Origin: Octopus sinensis
Lineage: Eukaryota
Direction of reading: 5' to 3'
NCBI RefSeq assembly: GCF_006345805.1
Contig: NC_043021.1
Span: 23,064,001-23,128,000 of the forward strand
DNA length: 64,000 nucleotides
Shown: piece by piece, positions 54,905-64,000 of the stretch
Layout of the letters: each line of letters begins with the position of its first letter
Position numbering within the stretch: position 1 is the first letter of the stretch
Translations under genes and position numbers: made by a program
The notes under the pieces: generated by a model
The model's database searches: none
Seen by the model: the letters and a program-made list of their open reading frames with translations, nothing else
What the model was told of the DNA's origin: nothing

Positions 54905-55291
54905 TATTATTATTATTAATTATTATTATTATTATTATTATTATTATTTATTATTATATTATTTATATTTATTATATTATGCAAATCATCGTTTTATCAA
55001 TATTATTGTGATAAATCAAATGCTTCTATATTATTGGAATTATAAATATTTCATAATGATTATTACCATCAAAATAGATTACACTAATAAACCAGAATAC
55101 TAATTAACAGTGAATAAAATTTACCAATAAAATATTTGGCTGTTTAATGAAGACTAACTCCCAAGCTGTCACGATATGGAACTCGTAACTCAAGACATTG
55201 TGAAAACACTACGTAGAATTCAAATCGGGAAAAACAAACCACACACACCACCACACACCCACACACACACTGTCTACACACGTGCACACAC

Positions 55292-55345
<54 letters not shown>

Positions 55346-55612
55346 CATATATATATTATATATATACATATACACATATACACATATAAATGTTGCGCAT
55401 ACATATAATATATATATATATATTCATACATATATATATATATATATAATATAATTATATATAATATATATATATATACATGTATATGAATATTACATAC
55501 GTATGCGGACCTAATATATGAGTAAACAAGCGTGTATATATGTATAGGCATACACACACATATATAGACATATATATATATATATAGACATACATATATG
55601 TATATATATATA

Positions 55613-55647
<35 letters not shown>

Positions 55648-56824
55648 CATATATATGTATATCTAGATTATTCATGCCTATATATATATATAAATGTATA
55701 TGTAAATGTGTGTACATGAGTAGTACTTATATGTAGATATATGTATATATATATATATATGTGGGTGTGTGTGTGTGTGTAAACATATATATCAGTGTCG
55801 TTAGGTCTGTGCATGTGTGTAAGTATGCATATGTATATATATAAATCTGCATACAAACAATTAACCACATATGAATATTGTTATTCTCCACCCCAAATCT
55901 CTCCAATTCTTTCTCCTTCTCCTTCTATGTATTTCTGTTTACAGATGTGCCTACGTGTGTATGTGCTTGTCAATATATGCGTGTTCATATGTTTCTATCC
56001 GTTTGTGTTCTAGCGTGGGTTTGCGAGAGCGCACCGTGTGTATTTGCCCATGAACGTTACAGGAAATTTTCTGAAAGTGTGAATAAGTTAAAAAAAGAAA
56101 AGAAAATCAACGGAAGTTTGAATAAACAATTTGATATTTCAAATAATATATCAAAACGGACATCAGATTGTTAACTACTGTGAATATATGAGCTTGGAAA
56201 TGATAATGAAATGTTTTATTTATTAAGCTTAGGATGTGTGATTAATGGGCGAAATAAGTTTTAATGCTTATAATATCTCGAAGCATATGTTTGTATGCGC
56301 AAATACATCGATACGTACGTCCATATTTACATACATCATACAAGTGTAAATGTGTGTATGTATGCGTGTAAAATTGTATGTACGTATGTATGTAATGTAT
56401 GTGTGTAAGTATGAGTGGTATGTTTATGCATGTAGTATGTTTATATGCATATATGTACATATGTTATATATATATTATATATTATATATATATATATATA
56501 TTATGTATGATTTTTCTTTGAGTTTTTAGCACTTCTTAACAAAGTTCAAATCGGTCGCTAAAAATACGCAAGTCTTTTTGAGATAAGAGAATTTCCGGTG
56601 TCTGTAAAAATGTGGTTGATTTGGGTTGTTGTTCGTGCGGTCAGTGCACGCACCCAAGTATCTCCATTTATTCGCCTACAGAATCTCAGATGTAATATCT
56701 CTGGAATGTCGCACAAATCTTCACAGTGTCTCTGATAAATAGGATTTGGTGAATCCGCCACAATTCCTTTTGCTCTCTCACCTAGAATCTCTAGTTTCTT
56801 CTATAAATTTGAAGTCTTTTATTA

Positions 56825-56990
56825 TTCTTTTATACTCTTTTAGTCATTTCGTTGCAGCCATGCTGGAACACTGCCTATAGTCGAACACGTCGACCCCATG
56901 ACGTATACGCTGTAAGCCTAGTACTTATTCAATTGGACTCTTTAGCCGAACCGCTAAGTTAGAGGACGTAAACACAGCAACATCGATTGA
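56825..56990 (-). mobile_element. SINE family A, degraded 3' half
   Basis: GCAGCCATGCTGGA...GCCGAACCGCTAAG. Confidence 0.75.
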
Positions 56991-59302
56991 ACCATTCGAT
57001 CCATTATTACGTCTGTGGATTCATTATTACGTCAGATTCTAGTTGACTACGTCACATATATATATATATATATATATATGAATCGAACTGTACTTCGGTG
57101 CAACAATTTTAAATTATGAAAATGAATGTTCCCAACATACAAAGATACGTGCGTACATATATACATATCAGGTCACATACATAAACATATTAACACACAT
57201 TCACATACATATACGCCAGCACACATCCATACATTCATACATACATGTCAAAAGAGGTAAACGTTTCCAAATATTCATCATGTAGGTCTAGGTGCATGTC
57301 TAGACATGTAGCTATATGTCTTGTCAGGAAACTATTTGTGCATGTGTCTATACATGCAAATATATGCATGTTTTTACATACATAAAACAAATGCCAGGTG
57401 TCGAAGTGATAGCCGACCACTTGTATGATATATGTAGTGTTTTGCTCAAGAACCCAACCGTTTATCGAACCAACGATATCGCCTCAGTGAGCGCAACACA
57501 CTAACCAATGTGTCGCAGGTTTAAACTTTTTACTATATTATTGCATATGTAGTGTGCAATATATATTCAGTATCAAGTATTGAAATGGCTGCATGAATAT
57601 TATTAAAATAATTCTTATAGAGAAGAAGAAGAAATTTAAGAACTATATATTTACTACATAAAAATATATTTTATTCATTGGTTGTTGATGAAACATAATC
57701 AAAATGTAGAATCCAGTTGAATGAAGTAATCTATGCAAGGAAGTTCGGAAATGCAGAAATAACAACTAAGTGGTGGTTTTCAGTCATGTAGCATAGAGAA
57801 ATAGACAGGCATAACAATGACGTGATTGGCTCAGTGTCTAGTTGACTTCGAAGTAAAGAGCAGGACAAGCAAGCTGTTTTTATCAATGGAACGCTAGACA
57901 TTCTAGAAACTTGCAAGAGAAACGTGAAGCTTCTTGAATAATTAAGAATTACTTCTCATGACACATATGCTTCGAGAAACTTATTAAAGGGATATTACTC
58001 TATGAAACCTCTTGTAAGATAGATCATTCAACTATTTTGACTACAGACCACAAACTACTACACGTATAATAGTAATCGCTATCACATAAAATGAACCTTG
58101 CATCAGAGATTTTATTTTAAGACACAAAGTCAAGGTAGTACACAACGTGAATTTTATAGAGAGGCATACCTCAAATTACGTCGGTGATAAGTGCCAAGAG
58201 AAGCGACTTAACTCGAAAAACGAACACTAGAAACATATTACTGCATTTATTACCGTATGTCTGTTTTAATAAATATTTTATAATATTTTATATGTACTTT
58301 CATTTCCCTCTTCAAATTTAAATGAAGTTTTTAAAATGTTTATGCTGTTAAATATGTCCACTGAGACTCACGTAAAGTCGGGTTAATCGACCGAAGTTGA
58401 GGTTTATATCTTTCCTCAGTTTGCTAAAAAATAAAAGATAGGACGTAACACGAACGAAGTAAATCGAAAAGACGTAATATGAGGTACGCCCGTATATGTT
58501 TACCGACCAACATCAGCATAGATTTTATTGAAACTAAAACTGTTGGCCTAAGCGATTATATGCAATGGCGGCGAGGCAAGCGTAATTCTGCCTATTGATT
58601 AAAAATAAAACGAGGGAGGATGTAGAAAAGCAATAACGGCATTTCATTTAAGTACATAAAATATGGCTTTACAATGTCTTTCTAGTCTCAGCCGGTTCTC
58701 ACCAACTGACAATTGATCTAACAACTATAAACTTCACGATACATCATTTCGGACACTTTTGTCTGACGCTTTAAGTGAGCATTAATTAAATGTTAGCCTA
58801 TGCATGTTGTAAATTTTCTGTCCCACTAGTTTTCGCCATTCACCTGGAAAATCCTGATCGCCTTTTGAGATATCAGTGCCATCATAGTAAACAATAACAT
58901 CACTAGATGTTTCTCATCTGTTTATTGATCAGATTTTTACGTATTTTTTGATTTAATGCGTAAGTTAATGTATATTTTACTAAATCAATAAAAGCCATTT
59001 GCATATACCACAGTTGAATGATGTCCATAAATAGCGGACGAGATAAACTCATGATTTATTGAAATTATCTCTGCTTGGAGGGAAGGTAAAATAATCGCTT
59101 GGTGGCAGTTGGGAGAAATTCCAAATGAGAAGGCGACATAAGGGGAGATAATCTCAGTAAGAGAAAATTTCTAGAATTGACATGTCATTAAGCTTTTTAC
59201 ATACTAACCCACCAGATACATATATTTATTATATATTTATATACACACAGACACAACACACACACACACACAACACACACCACACCACACACACACACAC
59301 AC

Positions 59303-59336
<34 letters not shown>

Positions 59337-59339
<3 letters not shown>

Positions 59340-59490
59340 AGAGTTTATGAAAAAACACAAGACGAAGACAGGTGGTGTACAAAACAAACAGATGTATTAG
59401 TATAACCTCAGGAATAGAAAAATATTTTACGTTCGAGCCTATACTCTTCTACAGAAAGGGACACAGAAAAAAACAAGGAGAAAAACAAAG
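59337..59490 (-). mobile_element. Repeat family P copy (second subfamily); HHR-like motif at 59425-59457 lacks one A of GAAA
   Basis: Reverse complement of 62850-63003. Confidence 0.75.
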
Positions 59491-59500
59491 ATATATATAT

Positions 59501-59957
59501 ATTCATGTAAAGTACGGTGTACATTTAAACACATTAAGATGTTTCCATCAAAGAAATCCTTTACGCTGGAAAGAACAGCTAAAGTCCAAACCACTAATTC
59601 GGGATAAATTCTCGAAGGGAATGAAAAATAGTGGCGTTTACCATCTCTTTCTTGCACCATGGTTTCTGACTTATTTTAGTAAATAAAATAATTTACCAGG
59701 CGAAGTCTTCATCAACAGGGACGCCAAAGATAAAATATATAAACAACGAGGCCAATCCAGCATCAGCCTCTGGCTTATATAAAATAAGTCAGAAACCATG
59801 ATCCAGGGAAGAGATGGTAACTGTTTTTAGTTTTCATTCCCTTCGAGAATTTATCCCTAATTAGTGGTTTAGATTTTAGCTCTCGTTTCTAGCGCAAAGG
59901 ATTCCTATGATGGAAACCTCTTAATGTGTTTAAATGTACACAGTATTTTATATGAAT
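59501..59957. mobile_element. MITE-like fold-back element with 178-bp inverted arms
   Basis: Arms 59501-59678 and 59780-59957 align without gaps (25 mismatches by hand count); 101-bp spacer; TA at both ends. Confidence 0.75.
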
Positions 59958-60086
59958 AATACATAGTCTATTGACTAATTTTTCTATATGCAAGGCCACC
60001 GGCAGTATAAATTGTGTAAAATCCATATTACCCTGATATTATTAATTATATTAAATATGAATATAAATATAAATATATTCAACTGG

Positions 60087-60135
<49 letters not shown>

Positions 60136-60140
60136 ATATA

Positions 60141-60395
60141 TAACGGGAAGCTTATGAAAAATAGACAAAAGACGAAGGCAGGTGGGAAACAAACAAACAA
60201 TTGTATTAGTATGGCGCTCAGGAAATATAAATAAAACAAGTCTTTAAACGTTTCGTCGAGCCTACGCTCTTCAACAGAAGATACACAGAGAAAAAAAAAC
60301 ACAGAAAGAAGGAAAGAAAAAAAAATGCGTGGAGTAACTAACGAATCAACATGGCGAACTGATTTCGGCCAGAGGTCAAAGATCAAACATGAGAC
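60141..60395 (-). mobile_element. Repeat family P copy
   Basis: Near-identical to 43766-44015. Confidence 0.8.
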
Positions 60396-60462
60396 TTTGA
60401 TACTTGTTAGGTTTCGGCCATTATTGTCCAGGCATGTCTAACTTAATAGCACCACCTGGTGC

Positions 60463-60508
<46 letters not shown>

Positions 60509-60912
60509 AATATACACATATACATATCCATATACCCGAAAAATAGAAATTCCTAAAATGTACTGCTGTTACCATTTCTAAAAATAAACGCTGAAAAATG
60601 GTTTGGCATCATTTCAAAGAATAGCCAAGCAACTACTACTCTTGTCCACAGGAATGTATATAAATGACAAAATGTAATCAGTCAACTACAGTCGAAGCAT
60701 ACATGTCACAATTTGAACCAGATGAATGCAAGAAAGTATACTAGTTCAATGAGAATAGACATTTAATATTTAATTTTCAATATTTCATTTGTCCAATAAG
60801 ACAATCAATATTTCATTTCATTTCTTTGTTACTATATATTCTATATACAATATCCTATATTAATATTATAAAAATATAAATAAAACATAAAAAACAGAGT
60901 TGGAATTCCTTT

Positions 60913-60950
<38 letters not shown>

Positions 60951-60952
<2 letters not shown>

Positions 60953-61148
60953 ACTTGTTTCAGTCATTTGACTGCGGCCATGCTGGAGCCCGCCTTTGAG
61001 TACAGCAGGGATCACCACCTCCTGCCGGAGCCTCGTGGAGCTTTTAGGTGTTTCGCCTCAATAAACACACACAACGCCCGGTCTGGAATCGAAAACGCGA
61101 TCCTCCGACCGCAAATCCGCTGCCTAACCACTAGGCCATTGCGCCTCC
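60951..61148 (-). mobile_element. Chimeric SINE: family C head and body joined to a family A-type tail
   Basis: Reverse complement GGAGGCGCAATGGCC...GCTGTACTC|AAAGGCGGGCTCCAGCATGGCCGCAGTCAAATGACTGAAACAAGTA. Confidence 0.85.
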
Positions 61149-61324
61149 ACATATGTATATATTCTTTTATTCTTTCAATCTTTACCTCTTTCTGTCATTT
61201 GACCGCTGGAGACATCTCTCAGTCGAAAAAAATGGACCCCCAAGACTAAGCGAGCAGGCCACCAGAAGAAAGAGTGAGAGTAAGCTGTGGCGAAAGAGTA
61301 CATCAGGGATCGCCACACACCATG

Positions 61325-61357
<33 letters not shown>

Positions 61358-61378
61358 ACATATATATATATATTATAT

Positions 61379-61409
<31 letters not shown>

Positions 61410-61438
61410 CTATATATATATAATCTATAATTATATAT

Positions 61439-61484
61439 CTTCCTGAAGATTTCCTTGAATGAAACAGTTCTAGTCCTGTAGAAG
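61439..61484 (+). ncRNA. Type I hammerhead ribozyme, same family as 22261
   Basis: CUUC-CUGAAGA-U UUC CUU GAA U-GAA-ACAG UUCUAGUC CUGU-A-GAAG. Confidence 0.75.
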
Positions 61485-61517
61485 CTCCTTCTATATAATA
61501 AATATATATTTATATAT

Positions 61518-61561
<44 letters not shown>

Positions 61562-61811
61562 AGATAAGAGAAAAAATCTAACAGAATGGAACTCTATCTC
61601 TCTTAAAAAAATATCTTTGATAAGCATAACAAATGCGCAACCGGTAAAAAGAACTTTCATCTAATTAAATACACTCTCCCTTACTTAGATTATTTTGTCA
61701 GCATTTTCTTCATTTTCTTTTTTATATATCACAACTCCTGTTCCACATCTTTTTTAATATATTATATATATATTTACATATATATACATAACCTATATAT
61801 ATTATGTAATG

Positions 61812-61869
<58 letters not shown>

Positions 61870-62815
61870 ATATATATATAACAATAGGTATTTATAATGG
61901 AACATACATAGGATTTAAATACGAGCAACTCTAAGTTTCATGTCTTTCATAATATGATGATCAGACAGGCTTGTAAGTGTACCGGGTATTATTGAGCAGT
62001 CTTTTACGCTAAATAAACACATGCACGCAAATATATACATACTTATATATTTTTTTTAAATTGGTAGACGGAAACAAAGTGATTCATTATATCTACACAA
62101 GCATCACTAAATTCAACATTTGCTTGCGATATTTTTCTTCTTGATACACATCTAATAATTTTCTTCTTGTGATATCTCGTGCTGCATAAAACAAGAAGAT
62201 TCATAATCAGATTTGAGTCATGGACATCTAAATCAGAGCTGAAGATTGATTTTTTTTTCTCTCCTTATTTTCTTTTTTCTTTGATAACGAGTTTCCTTTT
62301 TTTTTTTTTTGACTGTATTATTCTCCGCCATTAATCTTATAGAGGCTTTTCTTGTCAAAAACTTAGGCTGACATATCAGTTTTGACTTTTTTTTTTATAA
62401 ATTTGATATATTTTCCTCAGCAAAGTTCTCGGTTGCATCGTCTTTTATTTGTTGTTTCTAAGCATCTTTAAATACAAAGTAATAAGTTGTCTCATTTGTT
62501 TTCTGACTTTTATCAAATAGACATACAACGGCTTTCTACTCTCATACACTGCCGGCATCTCTATATTTAGAGTAAATATAATCTGTATATTTACTCCTCT
62601 TCTATCTTTTACGTAATTGAGTAATTAGGTACGACCATACTGGAGTACTGTCGTGCATAGTATAGAAAAAAGAATGGCCTCCAGTAATTATTTAAAATTA
62701 TGGTATTTATTATATTGAGGTCTTCTGTTGATCCGCTACGTTACGACGTAAAGAAAACAACACCGGTTGGTTAGCACCTGTGGTAGCAAACAAATACGAA
62801 ATTCACACACCCAAC

Positions 62816-63003
62816 ATAGATCGTTAGCTACTACACACATTTTTTTCTCTCCTTGTTTCTCTCCTTGTTTTTTTCTGTGTATCTTTCTGTAGAAGAGCGT
62901 AGGCTCGAAACGTAAAATACTTTTTCTATTCCTGAGCGTTATACATCTGTTTGTTTGTACACCACCTGCCTTCGTCTTTTGTTTAATTTCGTAAACTTTC
63001 CCC
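62816..63003 (+). mobile_element. Repeat family P copy
   Basis: Homologous to the three minus-strand copies; ends CCC then (TA)n. Confidence 0.78.
62884..62917 (+). ncRNA. Putative dimer-type variant hammerhead
   Basis: UUU-CUGUAGA-A-GAGC GUAG GCUC-GAA-ACGU-A-AAA; palindromic ACGU stem III, non-canonical core. Confidence 0.4.
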
Positions 63004-63026
63004 ATATATATATATGCATATATATG

Positions 63027-63071
<45 letters not shown>

Positions 63072-63243
63072 CTATATATGTATATGTATACATACACAGA
63101 CACTCACACACATACACACACACACACACACACACATATATGTGTGTGTGTGTGTGTGTGTGTGTCCATTTTGATTTTGATTTTGTTTGGACAAGTTACA
63201 AAAGCAAAGGAAATGCTAATAAAGAATTATCTAAAATTTTGAC

Positions 63244-63420
63244 TGCCTCCTTTTTCTCAATATGCTGGCATTCTGATAGCCCATCGAAGCACGCCGTGCG
63301 AAATGCTGAGCAGAATTCCGTCTGTCTTTACATACAGAGCTCTAATTTTGCCTTTTATCCTCTTGGAGTCTATAAACTAAGAACCAGTTGCGTACAGATG
63401 GATGTTGGCTTGCTCGTCTA
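63244..63420 (+). mobile_element. SINE family B, degraded
   Basis: GCACGCCGTGCGAAATGCT...TTGCCTTTTATCCTCTTGGAGTCTATAAACTAAGAACCAGTTGCG. Confidence 0.7.
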
Positions 63421-64000
63421 ACCAGCGGCATGGATCATTCCAACGTTAAAACATTGCAAAGTGCATTGTGTTCAGTGATGTATAACGGCATCTAATACTC
63501 CGGTCACTCATTTCATTATGAATTGTTTTCAATATTCATTGAAGACACTTATGAATTTCATTTCTCAAACTGTCTTTCATTTCCTGATATTCTGCAGTGT
63601 TTCATATTAATTAATTCTTAATTACATGTCAGCGTTCAACCTAATTCTTTTATCTTTGTTTCTTTATCTCAGAAGAAAATTTCATTTTATTGTAATTAAA
63701 TTTTCGCATTTAAATAGTGCCCGAAAGCATTTTAATTTTTTACCTCAATAGAATTTTGTATCAATTCCTATCCTGAAGCCGTATACTTTCTGCAGCAGTG
63801 TTTTCAGTGTTTTTATCTTTTGAACTATGCTACTTAATTTAATCTATATTCAAAACCGTGAATAAAGAAAACCACAAAATCCTTTCATTGTTATTCATTT
63901 ATAACCAAGTGAAATGTATTTCGCTCTGTTTGTGTTGTTAGCTGGGTCTGATCGTAATCAAGTTGAAGGTGTTTGGTACCCTTGTTATATGTTTCGAAAC

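Noticed and set aside
56558-56790. 67-aa minus-strand ORF of normal complexity
   Set aside because: GTG start, no acceptor polypyrimidine tract and no recognisable motif.
60396-60467. Perfect 11-bp hairpin TAATAGCACCA-CC-TGGTGCTATTA with a nearby minus-strand GGCCGAAAC
   Set aside because: Too short and without an HHR core; probably a small end fold-back of a repeat.

Overview
Non-coding, AT-rich, repeat-saturated animal DNA, almost certainly Octopus. This rests on tRNA-head SINEs of the OK/OR1/OR2 type, R4/Dong and CR1-group LINE debris and extreme microsatellite density; family names are from recollection, not a database search. I found no supportable host exon, RNA gene or CRISPR array. 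Nearly all entries in the ORF track are microsatellite or low-complexity artefacts, and the only real coding remnants are LINE fragments. Contents: about 35 SINE copies in four head families (called A-D here) with shuffled 3' tails; three R4/Dong fragments; two CR1/L2-group 3' ends; one MITE-like fold-back; one 100-N scaffold gap. The main find is a set of hammerhead-ribozyme (HHR) motifs from three unrelated small-element families. They are a type I HHR in the spacer of a 116-bp near-perfect fold-back (21367-21730), a canonical-core HHR family in two copies (22261-22309, itself in an inverted repeat, and 61439-61484), and a four-copy family with a variant core and a palindromic ultra-short stem III. 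Their architecture fits Penelope-like element (PLE) pseudo-LTR relics. The window also shows a SINE-LINE partner pair with a covarying 3' stem-loop and head/tail module swapping among SINEs. Coordinates are hand-counted, and degraded ends are approximate.
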